From contig JAGFIV010000104.1 of assembly GCA_024103275.1 (NCBI GenBank), positions 3,779 through 67,778 on the forward strand: a stretch of DNA of 64,000 nucleotides. Direction: 5' to 3'. Under the pieces are notes generated by a model, which worked only from the letters and a program-made list of their open reading frames with translations, searched no databases and was not told the DNA's origin. The translations under genes were made by a program, and so were the position numbers. Positions 26,358-35,876 of this stretch are shown in pieces. Each line of letters begins with the position of its first letter. Position 1 is the stretch's first letter. Source of the DNA: Flavobacteriales bacterium (GTDB taxonomy: Bacteria; Bacteroidota; Bacteroidia; Flavobacteriales_F; PHOS-HE28).

Positions 26358-29300
26358 TCACCGTCCGGGGTGAAGGCAACTTTGCGGCCCCGCCGCCGTG
26401 CAGCCAGGCGCCATCCGATCAGCCCCGCCACGCCGGCCAAGGCGACCGCATACCAGATCCATCGCGGTACCCCGGCCCTGCCCAGTTCCACGGGACCTGT
26501 TTCGCCGATCAACACCAGGCCCGCCCAATAGTATGGATGGACCAGGTCATCCTGGGCCGTGGACAGGAAATCCAGCTTGGCCCGGCGAAGGGCTTCGTGT
26601 TTCGGCATACCCTCGCCGAGCAGGTCAAGGAAGCGGGTAATGATCTCCGCCGAGACCTTTTCATCAATGTTCCACAGGGCTACCACCATGCTCGGGCAAC
26701 CGGCGTAGGCGAAGCTGGCACCCAGCGAGCGGATGCCCTCACCGGCCTCCTCCTTGCCGGTCCCGCTCTCACAGGCCGTGAGCACGGCCAGCTGGGCACG
26801 CAGGTCCAGTTCATAGATCTCGTAGGCATGGAGGTAACCGTCGTCATCCGGCTCCAGACCTGCACCACCCTTGCTAAGCACCAGGCGCGAGTACATCGGG
26901 TGGGAAGGGTCCATTTCGGCATGGGTGCCCAGGTATAAGATGCCATAGTCTCCGGCTTCCTGCCGGAAGCGGCCTTCACTGGCGGCTTCCCCGGTGAGCA
27001 CCTGTGCGGAGGGTGAATGCCCCAGGACCTGTGCGGTCCGCACGGCGAACGGTTGCCGGACGAACCGGAAAAAGTGCTTGTCCAGTTCCGAGGTATCGGC
27101 CACGGCCTTGCGGTAGTCCGCCTTCACCTGGTCGCTGAAGCCGGGCGCCAAGGCCAGCACCCCCTTGCTACGTTCCCGGGCCATGCCGGCGAACTGCACC
27201 GCCGTGGCGGCGCTGATCAGGTACGCGATGGTATGCCGCTGAATGAGCAGGTGGTCGGTATAGTCCTGAACTCCTGGGACCGTCAGGAGCAATTCGAAGT
27301 TCACGGTGCGCAGCTCGCCATCCGGGGCCACCAACAATTCCTTGGCCGTGATCCGGTGGGCCACGGGTTCGAAGACCTGATGGTACAACGCGTAGGCGTG
27401 ATCGGTGAACTCCTTCACCTGTCGTTGGGCGATGGCTTGGTTGAAGCCACGAACCCCGGCCCCCAAGGTCCGTGCATCGATCCGGGTGATGCTTGCGGTC
27501 CCTTGGCCGAGCACCAAGGCATAGAGGTGGTCCCGGGTGCGGGCATACATCAACAGCTGGCGATCCGGGGCCAGCAACCGCTCGCGCACCTCGGCAAGCG
27601 TGGGCACGTGCTCCCCGTAGCGCAGGTTGAAGTAGCGCGGATACCGCTTTTCGAGCAGCTGCAGGAGTTCCCGGTATTTCGCTTCGCGCACCCCCCTGTC
27701 CGCCATGCTGGCATGGTCTTCCTGCTCCGCCTTCAAGCTGGTGCGCAATTCCTGCTCCAGGGCGATCAGGCTGTCCGGCACACCATTGAAGTTCACGCCG
27801 GTGAAGGCGTTGAGCCGGTTCTTCAGCAGCACGGACCGGTCGGCCTCGGCCAAGGTGAAGAAGCGTTGCACCGCCTGTTCCGACCCCGACCGTTCATAAT
27901 CCGCGTACGCGCTTTCCAGGGCGAGGCTGAACAGGCGCTGTTGCGCGGCCATCAACAGGAGCTTGGAGCCGTCATCCCCCACGGCAGCATGGCTGCGCTG
28001 CAGGTAGCGGACGGCCAGGTCGATGTCGTCGTTCCATCGTTCGCCGCCGCTCTTTGGCGCCATGGCCTGCCCCGCGCGGACCTTCCAGTAAAGGGCATCG
28101 GGCAGTAGGTGCGGGTCGGGGAACAGCACGGGAAGGCCCGATGAGCGCACGGCATCCACCCGGTCCTTCAGCAAGGCCAAGGCCGAATCGGCGCGGGCTG
28201 CGGCTTCCGGCAAGCGTCCCAGGGCAAATGCCTGTTCGGCCAACAGGACGTCCAGCCTGGCCACGCGATAGTTCGTCCGTCCGTGCACGTTCACCTCGAT
28301 GGTACGTGCCTGCTGAAGGTCCTTGATGGCTTGTGCGTGATCCCCGGCGGCGGCATGGAGCCTTGCCTTGGCGGCAAAGGCCTTCACCAGTTCCACGCTG
28401 GTGGTGGCGTAGTCCGTGGTGCGGCTGGATGCAATGCCCAAGGTGAAGAGCGAGTCCGCCCGGCCTGGATGTCCCTGGTCCATGGCCACTTCCCCGAGCT
28501 TGCGGGCTGCCCTGGCATATTCGGCGCTGCGTACGCCATACTTGGCCTCACAAGCGACCAGGTAGGAGCTCACCAAGGCGGCCGCCCGGTCAAGATCACC
28601 GGCGGCCATGGCCACATCGCCTTGGCGCTCGCGCACAGCCAGGAGCTGGGGATCGTCGGGTGCCAGCACGGACGCGCGATCGTGCCATACCTGCTCCAGC
28701 AAGGCACTCGCTTGGCCCAGGTCACCCAGCTCAAAGTACACGGTGGCGAGGTTGAGGTAGCTGCGCGACCGGGAAAGGATGACCTCATCGCGCGTGGACG
28801 GGTCGGTGGTGTTGGCGATGATCCGGTCGCAGAGGTGGATGGACCGGTAGTAGAAGGACTTGCTGCGGGCCTGATCGCCACCATCCTGCCAGAGCACACC
28901 GAGGTTGCCCAAGGTGGACACCCGGCGGTTCATGGCCGCCTCGCCCGTGTCGTTCTCCAAGGCCTCCAAGGCCCGGTTGTATTGTTTCTCCGCCTCGCGC
29001 AGGCGGCCCAAGTGCCAAAGTGCCGCACCAACGGCATTGTACGATTCGGCCCATTGGATGGCGGGAACGGAATCGGCCTTGGCATACTCGGCCAAGGCCA
29101 TTTGCGCATAGCGGGCCGAGCTGCGGTGGTCGCCGATCACGCTGTAGTCGAAGGCCAGGTACTGGCATGCTTTGCCGCGTTGGACAGGTGGAACGGCGGG
29201 ATCACCCAGCGCCACCGCCACGGCGCTGGAATCGGTGCGCACATAGTCTTTGGTGCGTCCGGCCTCGTAATAGATCCAGCTCAGGTCGAACAGGGCCTCG

Positions 29301-29602
29301 AGCAAATACTTCGACTTGCCCCGCCGACGCACATGATCCACCAAGGATTCCGCCGCCGCGGCACCATCGCCGCCGTGGAGATTGCGCATGGCACGTCCGT
29401 ACTTGTACACGTAGCGGTGCAGCGAGTCCTGCCAAGGGGTGCCTTGCGCCTGCTCCACCTGAAGTTCAATGGCCTTGGCCAGGTCCGCGTAGCGCTCCTT
29501 CTTGTAGAGGTCCCTGATCAGCGAGTCACGCCATGCGAGGTCCTGTGCCTGCACCGCGGTTGCCCAGACGACCAACAAGGGCAGCAGCAGGCGGCGCATC
29601 AC
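26351..29602 (-). CDS. Periplasmic TPR-repeat / CHAT-domain (caspase-like) protease, 1083 aa, signal peptide + C-terminal TM anchor
   Basis: N-terminal MMRRLLLPLLVVWATAVQAQ signal peptide. ~850 aa of TPR-like repeats. C-terminal CHAT domain with candidate His (…LYLGTHAEMD…) and Cys (…VLTACESGTG…) dyad. Then TM helix WIWYAVALAGVAGLIGW and basic tail RRRGRK. 4-bp overlap with the upstream anti-sigma gene. Confidence 0.85.
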   Translation of the reverse strand: MMRRLLLPLLVVWATAVQAQDLAWRDSLIRDLYKKERYADLAKAIELQVEQAQGTPWQDSLHRYVYKYGRAMRNLHGGDGAAAAESLVDHVRRRGKSKYLLEALFDLSWIYYEAGRTKDYVRTDSSAVAVALGDPAVPPVQRGKACQYLAFDYSVIGDHRSSARYAQMALAEYAKADSVPAIQWAESYNAVGAALWHLGRLREAEKQYNRALEALENDTGEAAMNRRVSTLGNLGVLWQDGGDQARSKSFYYRSIHLCDRIIANTTDPSTRDEVILSRSRSYLNLATVYFELGDLGQASALLEQVWHDRASVLAPDDPQLLAVRERQGDVAMAAGDLDRAAALVSSYLVACEAKYGVRSAEYARAARKLGEVAMDQGHPGRADSLFTLGIASSRTTDYATTSVELVKAFAAKARLHAAAGDHAQAIKDLQQARTIEVNVHGRTNYRVARLDVLLAEQAFALGRLPEAAARADSALALLKDRVDAVRSSGLPVLFPDPHLLPDALYWKVRAGQAMAPKSGGERWNDDIDLAVRYLQRSHAAVGDDGSKLLLMAAQQRLFSLALESAYADYERSGSEQAVQRFFTLAEADRSVLLKNRLNAFTGVNFNGVPDSLIALEQELRTSLKAEQEDHASMADRGVREAKYRELLQLLEKRYPRYFNLRYGEHVPTLAEVRERLLAPDRQLLMYARTRDHLYALVLGQGTASITRIDARTLGAGVRGFNQAIAQRQVKEFTDHAYALYHQVFEPVAHRITAKELLVAPDGELRTVNFELLLTVPGVQDYTDHLLIQRHTIAYLISAATAVQFAGMARERSKGVLALAPGFSDQVKADYRKAVADTSELDKHFFRFVRQPFAVRTAQVLGHSPSAQVLTGEAASEGRFRQEAGDYGILYLGTHAEMDPSHPMYSRLVLSKGGAGLEPDDDGYLHAYEIYELDLRAQLAVLTACESGTGKEEAGEGIRSLGASFAYAGCPSMVVALWNIDEKVSAEIITRFLDLLGEGMPKHEALRRAKLDFLSTAQDDLVHPYYWAGLVLIGETGPVELGRAGVPRWIWYAVALAGVAGLIGWRLAARRRGRKVAFTPDGDQ

Positions 29603-30330
29603 GGGTTGTATTGGCGCTCGATCTCCCGGGCGCGTTCACCATAGACCGGATCATCGGTCATCCCCAGGTGCCGCATGGCCTCGCGGTTTCCGCTTCGCAG
29701 ATAGGCAAGGTAGAGGAACCAGCGGGCCTTGGCCTGGAAGGCGGAAGCCGTGTTGGAAGCCACCCGATCGAACCGGGGGGCGGCATCCGCGGCCCTTCCC
29801 TGGGCCAACAGGGCACTGGCGATGTAGAACTGCAACGTGTCATTGTCCGGGTCCGTTTGCAGCAAAGGTTCCCACTTGGCCACGGCCTCGGCATAGTCCT
29901 CCAGTTTATAGGCCACCATGGCATCCTGGAATTCGGGGTCCTTCACCACGCTCATGGGCACGGGCAGGCCGGGATCAGGGTGGTAGTACTGTGCAAACAC
30001 CCGCTCATGGGCCGATGGCCGGACCGCCCACCAGATCCCCGCCCCCAGGAGCAGGGCCAGCATGGCCGCATACTTGAGCAGCGGTGCCCAACGGCTTCCT
30101 GCCTCGGTTGAGCCCGCGCCGTGCCCCGCCCGAAGGGTCTTCAGGGTTCGCTCCACACCGGCCATTTCCACGGCCCGGATGTTTTCGCGCCCCAATTCCA
30201 GCTCATTGCGCAATTCCGCATCCTCGGCCAGGCGTTGCTCGAACCGGCGCCGCTGATCGGCCTCCATGGTCCCGAGCACATAAGCCTCCAGTTGCTCAAA
30301 GGCATCCTGCCGCAACGGTCCCTGGCTCAT
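29599..30330 (-). CDS. Anti-sigma factor-like single-pass membrane protein with periplasmic TPR-like domain
   Basis: Start MSQGPLRQDAFEQLEAYVLGTMEA (residue 56 of track ORF). Cytoplasmic helix-rich N-terminus (no HxxxCxxC). TM LLKYAAMLALLLGAGIWWAV. ~150-aa periplasmic TPR-like region. 4-bp overlaps with ECF sigma upstream and CHAT downstream. Confidence 0.7.
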   Translation of the reverse strand: MSQGPLRQDAFEQLEAYVLGTMEADQRRRFEQRLAEDAELRNELELGRENIRAVEMAGVERTLKTLRAGHGAGSTEAGSRWAPLLKYAAMLALLLGAGIWWAVRPSAHERVFAQYYHPDPGLPVPMSVVKDPEFQDAMVAYKLEDYAEAVAKWEPLLQTDPDNDTLQFYIASALLAQGRAADAAPRFDRVASNTASAFQAKARWFLYLAYLRSGNREAMRHLGMTDDPVYGERAREIERQYNP

Positions 30331-30908
30331 GCCCCCTGGTGGTTTTCCCCGCTGATGGCCTTTCGGCAGGCACGCAGTTTCATCATGCAGCGGTATTTGA
30401 TCGTACGTATGCTCTCTTCCTCCACGCCCAAGGTCCCCGCGATCACGGACAGGCTTTTGCGCTCGAAGTAAAACAGGTCCAGCACTTGCCGGCACTTGGT
30501 GTCCAGCATGCCGTATACCTCGCGCAAGCGCACGATGCGGTCCTCAACGTTGCCCGCTTCCGGAGCATTTCCGGCCAGTTCTATGTGGTTATCGCCCAAC
30601 GTGTTCATCTCTCGTTTGGATGGGGACCGCAGGATGTCCAGCCACTTGTTCTTGGCCACCCGGAACAAAAACCCGCCTGCATCGTGGCCCTCGAACCCGC
30701 CTTCCTTCACTTTGAGCCACAGCACCAGTACCGCCTCCTGGAACACATCCTCCGAGTCGGCCTTCCGCCCATTGTTCGCCAGCACATATTGGCGAACGGC
30801 CGGAAAGTGTTTCCTGTAGAGCATGCGGATGGCTTTCGGGTCGTTCGCCAACAATCCGGCCTTCCAATCGGCTTGGATCTCCGGGTCGATGAATATCGTC
30901 TTTGCCAC
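30327..30908 (-). CDS. RNA polymerase ECF-type sigma-70 factor
   Basis: 193 aa. Region 2 (…DVFQEAVLVLW…) and region 4 HTH (…LSVIAGTLGVEEESIRTIKYRCMMKLR…). Confidence 0.9.
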   Translation of the reverse strand: MAKTIFIDPEIQADWKAGLLANDPKAIRMLYRKHFPAVRQYVLANNGRKADSEDVFQEAVLVLWLKVKEGGFEGHDAGGFLFRVAKNKWLDILRSPSKREMNTLGDNHIELAGNAPEAGNVEDRIVRLREVYGMLDTKCRQVLDLFYFERKSLSVIAGTLGVEEESIRTIKYRCMMKLRACRKAISGENHQGA

Positions 30909-31098
30909 GACGAATGCTATCGGGGCAACGATAATACGACGAATCGGTCAACCAGTTCAAGTGCATGTCGTCACGAGGGCATCCGCGTTCCTGCTCCTTC
31001 CCATCGGGCCAAGTCGGAAATGTGAACAACACACCGGTTTTTCATCCGGCCCTGTTCACAATCGGTTACCTCGCCCGATAGATGGAAAACGCCCATTC

Positions 31099-31539
31099 AT
31101 GTCGGACCAGAACACCGCCGCAACACCTCCCGCCCGCCACGAGATCAGGATCATTGCACTGATGGAACCCGATCAGGCCACCCCCAATGGTACCCTTGCC
31201 ACGGGCTTCCTGATAGGATCCGCCGACAGCGCCACCTTGTCCCGCACCTTGCAGGCCATTTGCGACGGGACCAGTACCGCCCCTCCCTCAGCAAGGCGGG
31301 TGCGCATAACGGTGCATGAAGAGGGGGTGATGGAGGAGGAGCGGGCGCTGAGCCCGCGCGAGCAGCAGGTCCTTTGCGGCCTGGTGCGGGGCCTCAGCTA
31401 CAAGATGATCGCCGACGAACTGGACATTGGTTTCGAGACGGTGCGTAGCCACATCAAGGGAATCTATCTGAAGCTGAACGTGAACAACAACACCGCTGCG
31501 GTGGCCAAGGCGATCCATGCGGGCCTTGCGGCCGCCTGA
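31099..31539 (+). CDS. Small LuxR/GerE-family HTH regulator with short (~85 aa) non-receiver N-terminal domain
   Basis: Start MSDQNTAATPP (residue 93 of track ORF). C-terminal …LSPREQQVLCGLVRGLSYKMIADELDIGFETVRSHIKGIYLKLNV…. Confidence 0.75.
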   Translation: MSDQNTAATPPARHEIRIIALMEPDQATPNGTLATGFLIGSADSATLSRTLQAICDGTSTAPPSARRVRITVHEEGVMEEERALSPREQQVLCGLVRGLSYKMIADELDIGFETVRSHIKGIYLKLNVNNNTAAVAKAIHAGLAAA

Positions 31540-31559
31540 TCCCGTCTTGTGCCCCATGT

Positions 31560-32867
31560 TCAAGTCACGGGGACCTTGGGGGGTGGCGTACCGTTGATGA
31601 AACCGGATTCAAGGTCCTTCACCAGCACGTTCACCAGGTCCACGCGGCCATGTGACACATTGGTGATGGTGAACCGGAAGGGACCGTCCTCCACCACCTC
31701 GCCGGGTTCGGGCACGGTGCCGGTGCGGAACATGATGTAGCCGGCCAACGTGTCGTATTCCTCGCTTTCCTGCAGGTTCAGGCGGTATTGTTCCACGAGG
31801 TGCTCCACTTCCACGCGGCCGCTGAACACGAATTCGGCCTGGCCCACGCGTTGTTCCACGGTATCCTCGTCATCGTGCTCGTCCTCGATGTCGCCCACGA
31901 TGGTCTCCACCACATCCTCGATGGTGAGCATGCCGGCGGTTCCCCCGAACTCGTCCACCACCACGGCGATGTGGGTGCGTTGCCGGGTGAACATGCGCAA
32001 CACCTCATCGGCGGCCATGGTACCGGGGATGAAGTTGACCGGGTGCATGATGGAGCGGATGTTGCGCGGATGTTTGAACATCTCGTAGCTGTGCACGTAG
32101 CCGATGATGTTGTCGATGCCGCCCCTGTGGATCAACAGCTTGGTCAACCCGGTGGCATGGAAGCGCCGGGCCAGCTCGCCAATGCTGTCCTCCACATCCA
32201 GTGCCTCGATCTCCGCCCGGGGCACCATCAGGTCTCGCGCCTTGGTCTGGCTCAGCTCAAGGGTGTTCCGGAAGTATTCCACCTCGGCATCCACCTCCAC
32301 GTCCGGCGATGTCTTTTCGCTGGCTTCCTGCAGGAAGGCATCCAGGTCGATCCTTCCGAAGCCGGCCTTGCCCATCTTGGGCTTTACCCCCAACAGGCGC
32401 AGGATGCCTTCGCTGATGGTGGTGAGCACCTTGGTGGGCAGCCACAGGAGCACGAAGATGAAGCCCAGCGGTACGGCCAGCACGCCCAGTGCCCCATTGG
32501 GGTCCAGGCGGAACAGGGCCTTGGGCAGGAACTCGCCGACCACCAGGATGAGCAGCGTGCTCAGCACGGTCTGCATCACCATGATGAAGCCTTCGTTGGG
32601 GTACCAGGCGCGCAACCCCGGCTCCAGCCATTTGGCCATCAGGATGCCATAGATGACCAGCGCGATGGTGTTGCCCACCAGCAGCGAACTGATCACTTGG
32701 GAGGGATTCCGCATCAGGGAGGCCGTCACCTTCGCCCACACGGCACCCTGCTTGCGCTGCAATTCGATGTACAGCTTGTTGCTGCTGACAAAGGCGATCT
32801 CCAGCCCCGAGCACAAGGCCGACACCAGGACGGCCACCACCAACATTATGAAGTCATATCCGCCCAT
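31560..32867 (-). CDS. CNNM-family (DUF21 + CBS pair + CorC_HlyC) membrane protein, GldE-like
   Basis: 435 aa. N-terminal 4-TM DUF21, tandem CBS, C-terminal CorC/HlyC transporter-associated domain. Confidence 0.85.
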   Translation of the reverse strand: MGGYDFIMLVVAVLVSALCSGLEIAFVSSNKLYIELQRKQGAVWAKVTASLMRNPSQVISSLLVGNTIALVIYGILMAKWLEPGLRAWYPNEGFIMVMQTVLSTLLILVVGEFLPKALFRLDPNGALGVLAVPLGFIFVLLWLPTKVLTTISEGILRLLGVKPKMGKAGFGRIDLDAFLQEASEKTSPDVEVDAEVEYFRNTLELSQTKARDLMVPRAEIEALDVEDSIGELARRFHATGLTKLLIHRGGIDNIIGYVHSYEMFKHPRNIRSIMHPVNFIPGTMAADEVLRMFTRQRTHIAVVVDEFGGTAGMLTIEDVVETIVGDIEDEHDDEDTVEQRVGQAEFVFSGRVEVEHLVEQYRLNLQESEEYDTLAGYIMFRTGTVPEPGEVVEDGPFRFTITNVSHGRVDLVNVLVKDLESGFINGTPPPKVPVT

Positions 32868-32945
32868 GAACTGATCAATAAGGTATCGTGACGACCGCAG
32901 GCCCGGCCCCGGTCACCCGTCGGGCATGCCATCGCACCTGTATGG

Positions 32946-33176
32946 TCATGGTTCATGCTTTCCATTCGGAGCCCGGCCGCGCTCCTCCCACTGCGCAATC
33001 TTGCCGCGCATGTAACGGCGGTAGCCCCACATGGCAAAGGAGATCACGGGGAACAGCAGCCAGGTCCTTCCTTTATCCCAGCCCACGGCGTACAGGGCAT
33101 AAAAGGCCCAAGCGATGCTGAGGATGCCCAGTACCATCCAAAACCTTTCCATGAACAATGCGACCTTCTGCATCAA
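32946..33176 (-). CDS. Small two-helix membrane protein, hypothetical
   Basis: 76 aa, MMQKVALFMERFWMVLGILSIAWAFYALYAV…. Sits between the LptC-like and GldE-like genes. 4-bp overlap with the LptC-like stop. Confidence 0.45.
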   Translation of the reverse strand: MMQKVALFMERFWMVLGILSIAWAFYALYAVGWDKGRTWLLFPVISFAMWGYRRYMRGKIAQWEERGRAPNGKHEP

Positions 33177-33745
33177 GGCTCTGTGTTCCCCGTCGCCAAG
33201 GTATCGCTCCGGCCGATGAAAAGCGTACCGGTGATCTTGCGCACCGTGAAGCGGCTGAAGTCCTCGGCGGCATCCAGCCCTTGGCCGTAGATGATGTCCC
33301 GGGCGCGGGTGATCTTCACGGGCCGGTCGGTATATACCCTGTTGCTGTCCTGGCTCCAGGCCAGCATCTCGGTCTCCAACTTTTCGCCCTTGGTATTGAC
33401 GAACACCACGCGCTCCTCCACCACCATGTGGTCGGTGGCCGGGTCGATGCGCCCGCGGCGGGCCGTAAGCCTGCTCCCCTCCTCCCCGTCGGGTCCGAAG
33501 AACACCAGTTCCACGCCGCCGGAAAGCTCCGTGCGGGGCGTGGTGCCGCTGAACTCCTTGATGATGGCGGCGCGCAGGCGGTTGCGGACCATCCCGCTGT
33601 CGGAGTATAGATATTCCGCGCCGGTGGTGATGCGGTCAGGCCCGTTGTTGCCCACTTCAATGGCGGCCACCCGCTCCAGGTCGTTCTTGCAGGCCGTGAA
33701 GAGGCACAGGGCCGCACACAGCGGCAACGACCATGCACGGATCAT
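33173..33745 (-). CDS. LptC-like (OstA/LptC fold) lipoprotein
   Basis: Start MIRAWSLPLCAALCLFTAC (lipobox). ~190 aa beta-jellyroll-like sequence. Conserved neighbourhood with a CorC/HlyC-family gene. Confidence 0.55.
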   Translation of the reverse strand: MIRAWSLPLCAALCLFTACKNDLERVAAIEVGNNGPDRITTGAEYLYSDSGMVRNRLRAAIIKEFSGTTPRTELSGGVELVFFGPDGEEGSRLTARRGRIDPATDHMVVEERVVFVNTKGEKLETEMLAWSQDSNRVYTDRPVKITRARDIIYGQGLDAAEDFSRFTVRKITGTLFIGRSDTLATGNTEP

Positions 33746-35079
33746 TGGATCTTGCTGGGCGTGAACCATCGCTCACCGCGCCACGGGGTGAAGGTGAGGC
33801 CCAGCCAAAGGGCGATCTGCCGTTCGCGCAGCAGCCCGTTCCCGGTGGTTCCCCGCAAGGCGTATTCGCCACCCACCTGTACCCAACTGTTGGTCTGCAC
33901 CGCATTCACGGGGATGGAGATCCCGGCGGAGAGGGCGGTGCCGTCCAGTCCTTGGCCGAACACCAGTTGTGGTGCCTGCCGGTAGGATAGGCCCACGCGG
34001 TAAACGGACCGGTTGAAGGCACCGCCTTCCATCCCCGGGCGGTAGCGTGCGGCAACCGCATAGGATGCGGCGGCACGCATGGGTGCGGGCATCGCGTATC
34101 CGGGCACATCCACCTGTATGCCGCCCCAATCACGCCATCGCATCTCCGCGTTAAGGCCCCAATGCCTGTTCTGCACGCCTAGCCCGATGCCCACGCCAGG
34201 CGCCAATTTCATCCGGCCCTCGCCATCGGAAAGGGCAACCGTGTCCCGGATGGTCTCCAACCCCGATGCCTCCACGTAACTAACCACCAATTGATGGTAC
34301 CGGGCCATCAGGACGGTGGGCATGCCGGCAGCCAAGCCCACGGTCCATCGCCAGTTATCGCCGTCGCGGAATTTCTTCCGCGTCAGGTCACCCTGCCAAA
34401 TGAGGCTGGCATCCGCGGAGGGTGCCCTCAGGATCAGCCCCGAGAAGGCCCGGATGTTGGAATAGCCCGCGTCGCGGGAATAGATGGCATCGCGTGTCTG
34501 GTCCAGGCTACCGAAAACGAAGTTGAAGTCGGCCCCGAAGGTGACGCTCAGGCCGGCATTGCCCAAGGAATCCGGTCGTTGGCGGTACAGGCTGCGGCCC
34601 AGGCCCAGGAAGGCCCGGTTCAAGCCACCATCGCCCTGGTACCGGTATTTCACCGGTTGGCCGTCCACTTGTGCATCGCGCCCCAAGGAATAGCCCACAT
34701 CGCTTTCCGGGGCCAGGCCCAAGGCAAGGCCCCATTTCCCGGCACCGAACGGCACCCCGATGGAAAATCCCATGAACCGCGCATTCCGGTGGGAACTCGA
34801 AGCCTCGGACGAACTGCTGCGCACGGCGTTCATCCGCACCCCCACTTCGAAGGCGGGCCTGTGCAGGAAGGGATAGCTGGCGGGATTGCCGGGGATCACG
34901 CTGTACGGTTCGGGCAAAGCCAGCCCGGTGCCGCCCATCATGGCCTGGACGGCTTGGCCCGTGGGCAGCATGTCGCCAAGTCCATAGGAGCTGTATGGGG
35001 AGCCGTCGGAACCGCCTTGGGCGCTCAAGCCCGCGATGCCCAGGTCAGCGATCAGGAGCAGCGCGGAGATCCGTTTCAT
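33742..35079 (-). CDS. Hypothetical outer-membrane beta-barrel protein
   Basis: MKRISALLLIADLGIAGLSAQ signal peptide. Gly/aromatic-rich amphipathic strands; C-terminal …WRGERWFTPSKIQ. Confidence 0.65.
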   Translation of the reverse strand: MKRISALLLIADLGIAGLSAQGGSDGSPYSSYGLGDMLPTGQAVQAMMGGTGLALPEPYSVIPGNPASYPFLHRPAFEVGVRMNAVRSSSSEASSSHRNARFMGFSIGVPFGAGKWGLALGLAPESDVGYSLGRDAQVDGQPVKYRYQGDGGLNRAFLGLGRSLYRQRPDSLGNAGLSVTFGADFNFVFGSLDQTRDAIYSRDAGYSNIRAFSGLILRAPSADASLIWQGDLTRKKFRDGDNWRWTVGLAAGMPTVLMARYHQLVVSYVEASGLETIRDTVALSDGEGRMKLAPGVGIGLGVQNRHWGLNAEMRWRDWGGIQVDVPGYAMPAPMRAAASYAVAARYRPGMEGGAFNRSVYRVGLSYRQAPQLVFGQGLDGTALSAGISIPVNAVQTNSWVQVGGEYALRGTTGNGLLRERQIALWLGLTFTPWRGERWFTPSKIQ

Positions 35080-35806
35080 GGTGTGCCAGTACGTGGAGAC
35101 CGATGAGGGTCAGGGTCGGGTGTGCAAAGATGCCGTTTTTCAGCCCCCGAGCGGCACGCACCGCATCGCCGCCGGTGATGACCACGGCCAGGCCGGGGTG
35201 TTGGTCAGCGAAATGGCGGATGTAGCCCCTCAGTTCCATCATCATGCCATGGTGGACCCCGGCGGCGAGGCATTCCGTGGTATCGGTGCCCGGCAAGGGG
35301 GTGTCCTCGGGGGCCTCCACCTCGGGCAGGCGCGCACTGTAGTCGTGCATGGCCTTGGCACGCATCCGCAGGCCGGGGGAGATGATGCCCCCGTGGTGTA
35401 CACCCTTCGCGTCCACCAGATCGCAGGTGATGCAGGTTCCCGCATCAATGGCCAGCGCGGTTCGTCCGGGAAAGATGGCGGCAGCGGCCACCACGTTCGC
35501 CAGGCGGTCCACGCCGAACGTGTCCGGGGTACGGTACCGGCTGCGCACCGGCGACGGCGATCGGCCGGTGAGCCGGCATACCGGCGCCAGCTTTGCCAAG
35601 GCCTCCAGGAAACCCGGATCGGGACGGGCCACTGACCCGACGATGCAGCGTATGGGCGCCCTGTCCTGCACAAAGCGCCTCACGGCATCCAGGTCGCCCA
35701 CGGCCGCCTTGGCCATGGCATGGGGCCGCCCATGGCGGAACAGCCCCATTTTCATCCTGGAATTGCCGATGTCCAGCACGAGTTCCGTACCGCTTTGTCC
35801 GTCCAT
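35045..35806 (-). CDS. coaX: Type III pantothenate kinase
   Basis: …LVLDIGNSRMKMGLF… and …GGDA… motifs of the CoaX/Bvg accessory factor family. 253 aa. 35-bp overlap with the downstream OMP gene start. Confidence 0.85.
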   Translation of the reverse strand: MDGQSGTELVLDIGNSRMKMGLFRHGRPHAMAKAAVGDLDAVRRFVQDRAPIRCIVGSVARPDPGFLEALAKLAPVCRLTGRSPSPVRSRYRTPDTFGVDRLANVVAAAAIFPGRTALAIDAGTCITCDLVDAKGVHHGGIISPGLRMRAKAMHDYSARLPEVEAPEDTPLPGTDTTECLAAGVHHGMMMELRGYIRHFADQHPGLAVVITGGDAVRAARGLKNGIFAHPTLTLIGLHVLAHHETDLRAAPDR

Positions 35807-35876
35807 TCCCTGAACCGGCTATATTTGCCGCCCCTTCGCGCGGATCGAGGTCCGCAAAGATGGTGATCCCGATCTT

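Noticed and set aside
27017-29644. Two long + ORFs (27017-28108, 28283-29644) inside the CHAT gene
   Set aside because: Antisense shadows. The minus-strand frame gives a coherent TPR + CHAT protein.
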